Positions 29,441 through 42,631 of a stretch of DNA of 64,000 nucleotides are shown one piece after another. Below the pieces are notes generated by a model, which did no database searches, was not told the origin of the DNA, and saw only the letters and a program-made list of their open reading frames with translations. The translations under genes were made by a program, and so were the position numbers. Every line of letters begins with the position of its first letter. Within the stretch, counting starts at the first letter, position 1. Source of the stretch: Octopus vulgaris (taxonomy: Eukaryota); the NCBI GenBank assembly GCA_951406725.2, contig OX597820.1:110050001-110114000 (forward strand), in the 5' to 3' direction.

Positions 29441-30687
29441 CTATTGGGTATGGGTACTGGTAAGGTGTTTCAACCAAAAGTTGGGGACCTTGTCTACCTC
29501 TGCTATTTTCCAGTTACTGGTACTCCTCAGCGTGTCTGTGATCTCTCGGTTTGTGAAAGTGGGCCATGTTTATGGTGCTATTTTTCTTTTCCTTTCCTTT
29601 TCCCTATTTATCTATTGAGCATTTTTGTTGTGTTGTTTTTGTTTGCTCCATATTCCTTCCCAGTATGATTGAATTTCTGATGTTGGCATGTCACATATTG
29701 ATATGTTTTTTTTTTTTCTGTTTAAGTTTTTCTATGTATTCTTGTTGGAAACATTTGCATTTTTCATACTATTATTTGAAGCAAGTTTTTGTTACTATGC
29801 TCTACTTAGATTTTTCTTTTACCTCCCAGGTATCTTTGATATGTTGTATTTTTTATGTAGGTATTCTTTTTCTTTTTCGATCCCTCTTTAATTCACAAAA
29901 TAAGGATAAGTTTTTCCTTTTTTTTAATCTTGTTTATTATATTCTCTTTATTATTAGCACACCCGGTCAAATGCTTAGCAGCATTTCATCCAACCTTACA
30001 TTCTGAGTTCAAATTCTGCTGTTGTTGACCTTGCCTTTCATCCTTTCGAGGTCAATAAAATAAGTACCAGTCAAGTGCTGGAGTTAACATAATCGACTAA
30101 CCTCCTCCCCCAAAATGTCAGGCATTGTGCCTACAATAGAAAAGATTATTATTATTATTATTATTATTATCATCATCATCATCATCATCGATAAAGTGGA
30201 AAGCTGACTAAATCATTAATAAGCCAGACAAAATGCTTAGTGTCATTTCATCTGTCTTTATATTCTGAGTTCAAATTCCATGTTGGTCAATTTTGCTATT
30301 TATTCTTTTGAAGTCAATATAATTAGTACCAGTTACACCCTGAGGTTGAGTAGTCCCATGCCTCTAACTTCTATCGTTGTACCTTTAGTTGAAAGGGTTA
30401 TTATTATTTGTCATATTTAAATTATTATTTAGTCTTTTTACATTATAGTTTTTTTATCATAATTTTATGTGTGTTCATGCATATGTATTTATGTGTGTGT
30501 GCACTTGCATGTGTATGTATATACTAATGTACTAAAAAGTTTGTATAGTTTATTTGTTTATGTTAATAACCCTTACATGTGTGTGAATATGTACTTTTGC
30601 CTTTGTACATGTGTTTGTCAGCATTCACGTTTTAAGGATTGCCTGTATACTATTTCACTTATCAATATGACAATGTATCCTAACATA

Positions 30688-30870
30688 TGAGGGGGTGCTA
30701 AAAAGTTCCTAACTTTAAGGGTATTGTGAAAGGCCTGGTTGGAGGCCCAACCTTCTGAGTTCTTTTACAGAGGTTAGAAAAACTAAAGGACTGTTGCAAT
30801 AAGGGTGTGAATCTTGAATAAAATCCTAATCAACTTATCCTCCTGTATCTTCTGTATTTTCAGCACCCTA
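30688..30870. mobile_element. Small mariner-like MITE remnant
   Basis: GAGGGGGTGCTAAAAA ... TTTTCAGCACCC termini in TA context. Confidence 0.55.
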
Positions 30871-31490
30871 TATCTATGTATAGATGTGTGAGTATGCATG
30901 AGTTTTTAAATATGTGTTTATGTAAGTAAAAGTATATGGACTTATGTACATATATTTATATACATATATAAAAAGGTTTTGTGTATGATTATGTATGCAT
31001 GTATATTTGTACATATATAGAGGTATATATTTGTGTTTGCTTACATATATGAGTTAATATGTATATATGTATGTGTGTGTGTATATAAGACACCCATTGT
31101 TAATGTCAAAGGCTTTACTTCCACACACGCCAGCTTAATTTAATTCGTCCTTAGTTGAAAGATATCCGTTGTTAATGTCCTGTTATTTGTATTTATGTAC
31201 TATTTCTTGTTTTTTTTTCAGTCCTTGTTTTCGTATACATTCGCTGCTTTCTTCCAAGAAATTTAGTGCTCTTAGATTAGTTTTTCCTTGGGGCTGGCCA
31301 GATTGGAGCAATCTCGAATATAACAAGCCAAAATTGCAAAAATAATCTGAAACTCTGAATGACCCATCCTTGTTTTCTTTGTATTGTCTGTCTGGATGTT
31401 TTTTTGTCCCATTTTTGCATCACCTAACTGGATGTTTTGTGCTCTTGTCCCATTTTTGTATTTAATATATATATATAGGGGTAAAATATG

Positions 31491-32858
31491 AAAGGAATAT
31501 TGTGGAGCAGATATTAAACAGTAGATTGTTCACTGAGAAACATCTGCAACACCAAAATGATCTCTATCAAAATTTCACTGAATTAATGATGAAACCTATA
31601 AATGCTCAAGAGTAACTAAAAGTTGATCTTAAGAATATACTCATCCACTGATAAGTGTGAATGATATATATCTTTTATCTTTTCCTTGTTTCAGGTACCA
31701 CCTTGGAAAATTTTTAGTCGAATGAATCAACCCCAGTACTTTTTCCTTTTTCTTCAAGCCTGATACTTATTCTATTGGTCTCCTGGCTGAACTGCTAAGT
31801 TATGGGGACATAAACACACCAACACCAGTTATCAAGTGATGGTGGGGGGGGGCAAACACTGACACAAAGACACATACAATGAGCTTCTTTCAGTTTCTGT
31901 GTACCAACTCCACTCACAAGGCTTTGGTTGACCTGAGGTTATAGTAGAAGACACTTGCTCAAAATGCCACGCAGTGGGACTGAACCTGGAACCATGTGAC
32001 AGGGAAGCAAGCTTCTTACTACACCTGTGCCTACATATGTTACTTCTACAGATTTTCTATAGAAATTCTAGCCAGAACAGATTTTGTTACAATATTTCAT
32101 AACCAAGATGCCAGATGTAAACAAACAATGAAATCAAAGACAAAAAACGGGTGATGGATGTATTTCAGGTGATGGGACATATTTTAGGAAGTTTTGCTCC
32201 TTCATCAGCACCCATCCAACCATTAATCATCCATGGATTCATTGCTTAAATAGCCACTAAATACAGCAATGTAACATTGGATATATCAATTTTACACATC
32301 AAACATATTCCTGGGAGCTGGTATGTAAATATTAATGGCTTGTAAGGACACAGTATTTCATTATGCGACAGGATATATTACAAAGTATATTAAACATTTT
32401 TATAACATCACTTGTTAAGGTTATCTCTACAGACATTTAGAAAATCTGTACAGATAATCTTAACAAGTGATGTAAGAGCACTGCTAACACAGTAGAACAT
32501 GGTACTGACTTGAAGAAACGTTTAATACACTTTGTAGTATAATGAAAAACTGTGTCGCTACAAGTCATTATCATCTACACACACACACACACAAACATTA
32601 TTTATATTAAGGGCATTACAATACATAAATGCCTCATGCTAGGAGGGACTCTTAAAGTCAAAACTACCATAATAAATACATTTTGTTTATTATGGTAGTT
32701 CTGACTTTAAGAGTTCCTCCTAGCGTGAGGTATTTATGTATAGTAATGCCCTTAATATAAATAAATATATTTAAATGGAATAATTAATAAATTTTTCCCT
32801 TATGAGGTTTTTCCCACTAACTACTTGATAATTTCTTATAAAGATTTTATCCTATTTT

Positions 32859-32889
<31 letters not shown>

Positions 32890-32924
32890 ATAGGCGTAGG
32901 AGTGGCTGTGTAGTAAGTAGCTTG
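31491..32924. repeat. Left arm of a 1.44-kb inverted duplication (partner 36667-38109)
   Basis: Reverse-complement match throughout. I noticed only about three substitutions plus homopolymer and TA-length differences. Confidence 0.95.
31675..32032 (-). mobile_element. tRNA-derived SINE (duplicated at about 37562-37930, + strand)
   Basis: Same family as 19360-19762. Confidence 0.85.
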
Positions 32925-33268
32925 CTTACGAACCACATGGTTCTGGGTTCAGTCCCATTGGGAGGCACCTTGGGGAAATGTCTTCTACTATAGCCTCGGG
33001 CTGACCAAAACCTTGTGAGTGGATTTGGTAGATGGAAACTGAAAGAAGCCCATCATACATATATATGTGTGTGTATATGTTTGTGTGTCTGTGTTTGTCT
33101 CACCAACATCGCTTGACAATGTTTATGTTCCCATAACTTAGCAGTTCAGTAAAAGAGACCGATAGAATAAGTACTAGGCTCACAATGAATAAGTCCTGGG
33201 GTCGATTTGCTCGACTAAAGGTGGTGCTCCAGCATGGTCACTGTTAAATGACTGAAACAAATAAAAGT
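32891..33268 (+). mobile_element. Full-length tRNA-derived SINE
   Basis: A-box-like TGGCTGTGTAGTAAG, B-box-like GGTTCAGTCCC, and tail GGTGCTCCAGCATGG...GACTGAAAC. Confidence 0.88.
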
Positions 33269-33293
33269 GTATATATATATATAAATATATACA

Positions 33294-33342
<49 letters not shown>

Positions 33343-33345
<3 letters not shown>

Positions 33346-34199
33346 GGTGTGATGTGTAAATTGTCGCCATTTTATATTTTATATTTTGCACATGCACATT
33401 GTTTGCTTTTGATTTTGTCAACTACACAGTATAGTAGGGTCAGTTGGTCACCATCTGTAAGAAAAACAGCACCATGACACAATTCACTCTGCCAGAAATT
33501 TAGAAACAACATGCTGTCTTGCTCGGTATTCATGCTGGAAGCTTCAGTACAAACATTTCAGAGTGTCTGGGTGTCAATCTGAGAACATGTACCCAGAGTG
33601 ATAAAAATCAAACATCCAGTTAACATCACAGTGTTTGGAGTAATGACTAGCAATGGTGACGTTATGCTTCCATTTATCTTCCTACACCCCATCAGACTCA
33701 ACACAGAGGCCTACATCAAGTGCCTGGAAGAGGTAGTGCTGCTCTGGATCAAGAGAGCAACTGCTGGAAGACTCTATGTCTGACAACAGGACTTTGCACC
33801 ATGCCAAACAAGAAAGAGAACCCAGTCGTGGTTATCAGACAATTTCTGCAACCCCATGATTCCTAACATCTGGCCACCTAACTCCCCAGACTGCAACTTG
33901 TTTGATTATGTGTGGGGCACAGTTGAGTGAAAATCAACAAAACTTCTTGTAACACTAAAGATGAACTGAAGGCAAGGATTATGGCAGCATTCACCAACTT
34001 AAACAAGGAGATTATCCAGAAGAGTCGCAAGAGATTCTGAATTCATTGGTTGAAGCCAATGGCTATTTTATTGAATAAATTTACTCTAGTTTTACAAGAT
34101 ATTTTTATGTAATTTTGGTAAATATACCTGTTAAAATGAGATGTCAGTGTTATTTTCAATTTTTCGTAATTTAGATGGCAGTTTATTCACTGCACCCTA
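33343..34199 (+). mobile_element. Internally deleted DD37D (maT-like) Tc1/mariner element
   Basis: CAGGGTG.../...CACCCT(A) termini in (TA)n. In QQD-FAPCQTRKRTQSWLSDNFCNPMIPNIWPPNSPDCNLF-DY, 37 residues separate the last two Asp. Confidence 0.85.
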
Positions 34200-35279
34200 T
34201 ATATATATATACACACACAAACACATATATACACACATACATTTATGCAGATATACACATATGTATACATGTGCTTGCCCCTATTCACACTCACACACAT
34301 CATTCTTACATACACATGCACTTGCACACCCTAGTTTGACTGGGTCATTGTTATTTCCCTTTCACTCAGCCTCTTTCTTCAGGTTATTTCATCATGTCGA
34401 ACCATTAATCCCTACACATTTTTTTTCTGTTTTTTTCATTCTCTTGCCATTTTTTTTCTCACTCCTTTCTGCCAAAGAGCATAAGCTCAAAATGTCAAAG
34501 ACTATTCCATTCTTTCCAAGTATCAAACTAATACACCTGCTTATTGTTCCCTCACTTGGCTTTGACTTTTGTTTTCTATAAATTTGGACTATATATTACA
34601 TAGACTCACATAGTCACTCCAGTCTGATCCTGCCTGACTGAACTTCCTCCTCTCTTGGACTCTCATCTCTCCTACCTTCTTGAACTTTCAGAACCTCTCA
34701 TCCACCTAACCATTTCTCCATTGGATCTTCAAACTCTTTTGGACTCTACCACCATGGATCTTACTAGCTACTTTCATTGATGTATATGGCACTAACCTAT
34801 CACAACTTCTTAAACTTTCAGAACTTTTTGAACTTCTTACATTGATAACTTTGACATTTTCTCTCTCCTTTTATCTTTTTTATCTCCTATTCCTCATTCC
34901 AGCATGCTTCACCACTTACACCATTGTCTCAGACATTACCTGACTTTGATTCCTTTCTGTTGCCTCCAAATATTCTCTCAACCTTTCCTTACTCATTTTC
35001 AAAAGAACATGTTTCTCCAGTCACATTTCCTTTCTCAGTCGCTGCCTTCATCACAACTTCATCCCCAAAGGTTTCTGCCTCCATTTCCACCCTACCTCTC
35101 ATTCTGCTTCCACCATCTTACCCTTCCTCCATTCCACTTCCTGCCACCCCATGCAAGCTACTATCCATTCTAATCTTTCCAAAACATATCCTTGACCACC
35201 TTCTCCCTCTTGCTTACTCCATCTTAGAACTGAAAAGGATCTGTGTTCTTTCAACTAAGCATAGGTTACATTATTTTGA

Positions 35280-35900
35280 TCCATTGACACATGGCGTGGA
35301 TTTTTCAAGTATTTTCCACTTTATTGTATGTGGTGTGGAGTTAGACTTCAAACCCAATACATGGCTAGCCAACTTAGTGGTTTTACTTTTGTTCCTCTGC
35401 AGGAAGGAGATATGTGGTTAGCATACCAATTTTTGAAGTTGCCTTCATGTAGCCCAATGTATGTCTTCTTTTCAGTTATGTTATCATCTAGTGTTGCTGT
35501 AATTTCGGCCTCATAAATGCCAGATTTAATCATGCATCCCTGTTCAAGTGGACAGGTTCTTGGGTCTTGACAGTTACAACTGGTGGCTCTTGGTGGTGTT
35601 TGTGTGTAATGATGCTTTTTATATTGGGGCAGCAGCTATATAATTTAATTGAATGCCTGTTGAATATTTTTCTGTATCTGTGATTTTCTGGAAAATGTTT
35701 GTCACACAGGAATCTTTTACCTATGTTGGTTTTTAACATTAAGGGAAAGGTTGGGGGACCAAATTATTCTTCTAGGTTTATTTTTATTATTCATATTATT
35801 ACTAGAGGAATAGTATATTGATTCATCATTAAAGTCACTATTGGCTAGGGCATTGTTGTAGTAGGGGGCTGCCTTCTTGAAAATTTTGTTAGAAATTAAA
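35280..35900 (-). mobile_element. Decayed Naiad-type PLE (thumb, linker and GIY-YIG)
   Basis: AAPYYNNAL; RRIIW; KTNIGKRFL; KIFNRHSIKLYSCCPNIKSII; CNCQDPRTCPL; GIYEAE...YIGL. Confidence 0.85.
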
Positions 35901-36666
35901 GAAATGTAACTGTGTGAATATGTAAGAATGACATATGAATGTTTGTGAGTGAACTTAAAATTATGTGAGCCTGTGTGAGTGTATGGGAGCATATATGTGT
36001 ATAAGTACCCTTCTGTGTGCATTGTGTGGAGTGAAGTGTTTCAAGTATTTATGTGTGTCTGTGTGTAAGGCTGTGTATAGCATGTGTGTGAGTCTATCGT
36101 GTGTGGGTGCATGTGCAAAGGCTTGTATGTAGCAATTAATGCGTGCTTGTTCAAGTAATCTGTGCATATGTGTATGTGTGTGTGTGTTAGTGCATGAAGT
36201 GTATGTGTAACCCTATAGTGTGCATGTGGATTGTGTATGAGAGAGCAGGAGATGCAGCAGATGACATTACTGGAGGAATAGGTAAAGGAGCCTGTGATAT
36301 GATAGGGGCAGTGGTGAGTGCTGGTGAGGGTAGTGGTGTTGGAGAGGTAGGGGCAGGTGCAACAGTATGAGCAAGAGCATGGGAAGGAGCCAGGTTGGGT
36401 GCCAGGAGTAGGGAAGAAACTGCAGACTAGAAGATCACACAGATTGTGGCTGCATTTGAAGGAGGGAAGGGTGGGTTAGGGAAGATATGGGAGGTGGAGG
36501 GTCATACTGGAGTCAACAGAAGACTCATAGAAAGCTTTTGGGAGAGGAGGGTGGAGGGGTGGTATGTTAGAGGAAAAGGGAGGCAAGTAAGGGTGAGGTG
36601 GGTGCAGGGAGAGAGAGCAGAGGCATAGTCAATAGATTGTGCACGGGCAAGAGCAAGCTATTACTA

Positions 36667-36698
36667 CAAGCTACTTACTACATAGCCACTCCTACGCC

Positions 36699-36738
<40 letters not shown>

Positions 36739-38109
36739 AAAATAGGATAAAATCTTTATAAGAAATTATCAAGTAGTTAGTGGGAAAAACCTCATAAGGG
36801 AAAAATTTATTAATTATTCCATTTAAATATATTTATTTATATTAAGGGCATTACTATACATAAATACCTCACGCTAGGAGGAACTCTTAAAGTCAGAACT
36901 ACCATAATAAACAAAATGTATTTATTATGGTAGTTTTGACTTTAAGAGTCCCTCCTAGCATGAGGCATTTATGTATTGTAATGCCCTTAATATAAATAAT
37001 GTTTGTGTGTGTGTGTGTGTAGATGATAATGACTTGTAGCGACACAGTTTTTCATTATACTACAAAGTGTATTAAACGTTTCTTCAAGTCAGTACCATGT
37101 TCTACTGTGTTAGCAGTGCTCTTACATCACTTGTTAAGATTATCTGTACAGATTTTCTAAATGTCTGTAGAGATAACCTTAACAAGTGATGTTATAAAAA
37201 TGTTTAATATACTTTGTAATATATCCTGTCGCATAATGAAATACTGTGTCCTTACAAGCCATTAATATTTACATACCAGCTCCCAGGAATATGTTTGATG
37301 TGTAAAATTGATATATCCAATGTTACATTGCTGTATTTAGTGGCTATTTAAGCAATGAGTCCATGGATGATTAATGGTTGGATGGGTGCTGATGAAGGAG
37401 CAAAACTTCCTAAAATATGTCCCATCACCTGAAATACATCCATCACCCGTTTTTTGTCTTTGATTTCATTGTTTGTTTACATCTGGCATCTTGGTTATGA
37501 AATATTGTAACAAAATCTGTTCTGGCTAGAATTTCTATAGAAAATCTGTAGAAGTAACAAATGTAGGCACAGGTGTAGTAAGAAGCTTGCTTCCCTGTCA
37601 CATGGTTCCAGGTTCAGTCCCACTGCGTGGCATTTTGAGCAAGTGTCTTCTACTATAACCTCAGGTCAACCAAAGCCTTGTGAGTGGAGTTGGTACACAG
37701 AAACTGAAAGAAGCTCATTGTATGTGTCTTTGTGTCAGTGTTTGCCCCCCCCCCCCACCATCACTTGATAACTGGTGTTGGTGTGTTTATGTCCCCATAA
37801 CTTAGCAGTTCAGCCAGGAGACCAATAGAATAAGTATCAGGCTTGAAGAAAAAGGAAAAAGTACTGGGGTTGATTCATTCGACTAAAAATTTTCCAAGGT
37901 GGTACCTGAAACAAGGAAAAGATAAAAGATATATATCATTCACACTTATCAGTGGATGAGTATATTCTTAAGATCAACTTTTAGTTACTCTTGAGCATTT
38001 ATAGGTTTCATCATTAATTCAGTGAAATTTTGATAGAGATCATTTTGGTGTTGCAGATGTTTCTCAGTGAACAATCTACTGTTTAATATCTGCTCCACAA
38101 TATTCCTTT
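36667..38109. repeat. Right arm of the 1.44-kb inverted duplication
   Basis: Reverse complement of 31491-32924. Confidence 0.95.
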
Positions 38110-39700
38110 GAGGCCTAAAACCTGCCTGTTCTTCTGCCAGGATTTCTTCTGCCTTCCCCTTAAGCCTATTAAGCAGAACTCTTAGCAATATTTTGCCAGG
38201 GTGGCTAATTGGGCTGATTGTTCTGTAATTCTGGCAGAGTCTTAAAGTTGCCTTCCTTAGGAATGGGTATCATCAGTAATTGGGTCCACTCCTTTGGTCA
38301 CTGTTTCATCTGCCATATCTGTTGACAGGTAACTGTTAGTGTCTTGACAAGCTTTGGCTTTCTGTGTTTTAGGAGCTCTGATAAGATGTTATCCACTCTT
38401 GAAGATTTCCCATCTTTGAGCATGTGCATTACCTCTTTGACCTCCTTCTGGAGAATTGGAGTATCCCTAAGTTCTCTGTTGTTGTTGTTATTGGAAGAGG
38501 AGGAGGAATTGTCTTGTATGTTGCTGTCATGTTTGAATTTGTGATTATAAAGGTCTTTGCATTACTCATCTTTTGATGACATCATTCTTATGTGAGAAGC
38601 TGGCTTGTTTTGTCCTGAATGATATTGGTAGTGTGTTTCTTTGTTTTTGTTAGGGTGGTTGCCCTTCTTTGTCCCAGCTTCGATTATTTTGCACTAGTCT
38701 GTTATCCATTCTTCTTTGGCTTCCCTCATTTTCTTCCTATCCTTCCTATTCACAGCATTGTATTGCTGACTTGCCTCTTGATCTATTAGCTTGGTTTTCC
38801 TTAGAGCCTGTCTTAAACCATAGATCCAACATGTCATCAGTCAGTGACCCATGGTTTCTTTTTCTTTCTTTCTCTCCTTAAGACTTATAGAACCATTTTC
38901 TTTAGTGCTTCCTTGATGTTGTTAGTCTGGGATTTTATATCATCTTCCAGAAGGTTAAGGGCTGCAAACCTGCCACCCACTTTTGCTTCAAACTCTGATG
39001 CAACCCTGGGATCTTTTAGTTTGTCTACCTCAAATCTAATACATGTGTCTCTTTTCTTGTGGATCCTTTTCAGTTTGAGCTTCATTGTCATCACCAAAGA
39101 AAGTCCTAGTTCTAACCTTGTTGATGCTGAACTTGAACTTTTAATGTGCAAGGATGAAGTCAATTTGGTTGGGAGACTTGCCATTGGGTGCATGCCATAT
39201 TGTTCTGTGTGGGAACAATGTCAGCTTGTGCTTGCTAGCAAATTCTAGGAGTTACTGTCCATGATGGTTAGTTTTTTCTGATCCTGAATTGTCCTACTGT
39301 CCCAGCCCATTGGTCACATGCATTCAGGCCTACTTTGGTGTTTCAGTCTCTTAGGACATTGAGAACATCTCTTTTAGGAGCTGCCTTGGTGATATTCTTC
39401 AGGTCTTCATAGAATTTCTCAATGACACCATCATCACATTCCAGCATTGGTGCATTAATTTGTATGATGGTAATATTCAGTAGTCTTGCAGCCACGTATG
39501 GTGATGAGCCTGCTGGATACTGTTGTACAGCTGATGACTGAACTTGCTCTGACTTTGTTAACAATGAAGCTCACTCCATGTTCATGCTTGATGTCATCTC
39601 CACTATATTACAGTTTGTGGACTTCTGTTGTTGTGTCATCAAATCCAGTCCACTTAACTTTAGCTAGCCCTTTGATATCCCTGGTGTACCTATAAAGTTT
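38015..39700 (-). mobile_element. RTE/BovB-like LINE, 5' half (APE endonuclease to early RT)
   Basis: NITIIQINAP...FYEDL; LVMTMKLKLK; LLNRLKGKAEEILAEEQAGFR...LYQNF. Confidence 0.88.
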
Positions 39701-39717
39701 GTAAGTTCCTCCATCCT

Positions 39718-40785
39718 TCCACAACTTCATCACTTCAAAAAGGCTTTGACCATGTTTGGCACAATGGGTTGTGTCATGTAATGAAAATTTACAACTTTGA
39801 CAACATCATTGAAGTAATGAAAACTCAAGCAGTGCAGTTCTGAACAACAGTGGAGGACACCAGTGGGTGTTTAAGAAGGCTATATCCTCTTTCCAGTGCT
39901 TTTTAACATCTTCTTGGAGAACATAATGCAGGAAACACTTGCAGACCTCCGTCCTTCCATTTCCATTGGAGAATGGCCATTTTCCAACCTGCACGTTGCT
40001 GATGATATTGACCTGTTTAAAAGCAGAACTACAGGAGCTCACCCCCAGACTGGAAAAATTATCAGAAGCATACAAGATGGAGATCAGTCCAAAAAAGAGC
40101 AAGATCCTGGTTAATAGTAACAGCCAAAACATAGCAGCCAACATCATGGTAAACAGAAAGAGACTTGAGGAGGTGGATACCTTCAAGCACTTAGGATCCA
40201 CTTTGACCAAGGATGGCAAATCCCAAAAGGAGATAACAACAAGACTCAATTTAGCCCCTGCTGCCACAATGAAGCTGAATTCCATATGGGAAAGCAATTG
40301 CATTAGTTTTCCAACAAGACCCTGGTGACTTTGATCCTTCTGTATGGGTGTAAGAGCTGGACTCTTACAGCTGACATGAAGTGAATAATTCAGGTATTTA
40401 AGCATAAGTGCTTCAGAAGTCTATTACACATCCTGTACAAAGAACACAAAAACTGCTTTGTCAGACAGCAAATCAATGAATGCGCTGACAGGCAGGAGCC
40501 ATTCTTTGTACAGGTAAAAAAGGCAAAAGCTTGCCTGGGACGGTTATGCATACTGTCTGCAACTCCCTGCCCAAAACCATTTTTCAAGGTACAGCTGAAG
40601 GAGGGTGAAAGAAAGACAGACAGAAAATTCTGGTTTGACGGTATCATAAACTGGACAGGTCACAACATAGCAAACCTGTTATGCATGATAGAGGACAGAG
40701 ACCAGTAGTGACAACTGACTATTAAAGTGTCTAGAGTGGAACCCTAATGACTGGTTGCATCAGTTAAAGGATCTTGATGATGATG
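39718..40785 (+). mobile_element. RTE/BovB-like LINE, 3' half (rest of RT and C-terminus) with a (GAT)n tail
   Basis: FKKAFDHVW; LFNIFLENIM; NLHVADDIDL; MEISPKKSKILVN; EEVDTFKHLGS. Confidence 0.88.
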
Positions 40786-41054
40786 GTTAGCATTATACAA
40801 GATGGTATCTAAATATCAGGGGTCACTTAGCTTCATGACACTGAGAACTTAGCCAGAATTTTAGAAGTACAGGGTTTGATTCTCTGTTATGGCTTGCTAG
40901 TCACTTTTGTGTCTTATAAGGGCATTTACTCAATCCTCTAAGCTGTTTTTTTCTGCTGTTTTGTGTTGAGATTCTAGTCTGTAAAATACTCACTCAGTTC
41001 TTCAAGGTTTGTTCATAAAAATATATACATGCAAACTGTCAAAATAAGCACTTT

Positions 41055-41590
41055 GTGTGTAAACGATGTTAGTGAACATTTTTGTCACTGATTACAAGCT
41101 ATGATGAATAAAGTGTTTTTGATAATAATAAAAAAAAACAATCCAAGTTTTGGCAATATCACACATAAATTTTGGGGAATAGAGTATCAACAAAGAGAGT
41201 TTTCTCAGGTTCATATGAAAAAATTATAGGACATTATATTGCTTGCAGATTGTCATGTTCATTGTCTAGCCACACACATTACAATTTGGACAGTCATTTT
41301 CAAATGCATTCATGCAGCAAAGCTTGCTGGAGAATTTATGGGAAAGGATGAAAAAATGTGGTCAGAAAATGTCAGTTTGGCTTTCCTAAGGCTGAAGGAA
41401 GATGCAGTTTCTTCACTGATGCTAAGAGTGTAATATTAAGAAGAAATGGAATAGGTGTCAAAAGCTTATTCAACTTCAAACCAAAAAAAAAAATCATCTG
41501 AAAAATTTATGAATGATTACAATCCTTTACTGCTTCTGTTGTGGCAGGCAAATGTTGACTATCAATATATTGGAGAAAACATGACTAGCA
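41055..41590 (+). mobile_element. Decayed Helitron/Helentron Rep (HUH) coding fragment
   Basis: FGNITHKFWGIEYQ (motif II-like); FQMHSCSKAC...KCQFGFP; MNDYNPLLLLLWQANVDYQYIGE. Confidence 0.72.
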
Positions 41591-41594
41591 GGAA

Positions 41595-41941
41595 TGGCTA
41601 CAGCAGATAATCTGACTGTGTCTGGACATTTGAATTCATCCAACAACTGTAGGACAAGGTGATGGGAGATCTGAGCAAGGATAGTAATCCTGCAACACAA
41701 AGGCTGAGCTGGTGGCCAAGATCAAGGATGTGTTCAAAGATCTTCCCAGGGACACAATGAAGAAGGCATACACCAGATTCTTGAGGCCATGGTGGAAGCT
41801 GACACCAGCTACTTTGAGTGAGCTGTTATCTCCTTGCTGTAATCTAGTTTGAATTTTTTTTTTAATACTTTTATTTTTGTGTGGGAAATTGTATTTTCTT
41901 TTCCTTTTATGCAAACTGTCAAATCTAGCCTAAACACCCTG
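41595..41941 (+). mobile_element. 3' end of a Tc1/mariner (maT-like) element
   Basis: CNTKAELVAKIK...KKAYTRF C-terminus and terminal CACCCTG-TA, matching the 33343 family terminus. Confidence 0.65.
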
Positions 41942-42000
41942 TATACTATATTGTATATATAGTGTATATATGTCTATATAGTATATACTGTACTGTATCA

Positions 42001-42524
42001 ATTAATTGCATATATATTCTTAATATGTCTAGGCAAGTTCAGATGCAAAATATGCTGGTTGCTGTAGTGTACATCGTAGGAGAATATCTTCTCTTTTACA
42101 ACAACAGTATTTTCAAAACACTTGGCTTTTTGGTACCTGGGATTCCGGACGCCAGTGTTTCAACATCTTGTGTTTCATCAACCTTAAGCACCCAAACCTC
42201 TGAGCCTAAACCAAGCTGGTTTTGTTTGTACTTGCAGTGGATAAATTACTGATTGGGTGCTTATATTTGCCAACTGATAAAATATTATTTGCATCATGTA
42301 CAGCAAAATCTGTAGGTTTAGGTCCAAAGGTCTAGATGCTTCTGACTTATGCGACACAACATGTCAAAACACTGGTGACCCAAAATCTTGTGCACCAATG
42401 AGCCAAATGTGTTGAATACACTTGTAAGAGAGAGAAGTTATTCTCTTATGACATGCACTACAGCAACAAGCATATTTTGCATCTGAACCTGTCTGGACAT
42501 ATTAAAAATACATATGCAAATAAT
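42001..42524. repeat. Diverged 520-bp palindrome (foldback or MITE-like)
   Basis: 42001-42212 aligns to the reverse complement of about 42315-42524, for example GTTCAGATGCAAAATATGCT / AGCATATTTTGCATCTGAAC. Confidence 0.88.
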
Positions 42525-42631
42525 CAATCCAGATCTTGCTGTACACAGTGCAAATAATTTTTTTTATACTGTACTGTATATTTGTCAACATATGTAATAT
42601 ATGCTATACTGCAGTGTATATATCATTGTAG

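Noticed and set aside
32891-32960. tRNA gene
   Set aside because: A and B boxes are present but it is the head of a multi-copy SINE, with no complete cloverleaf.
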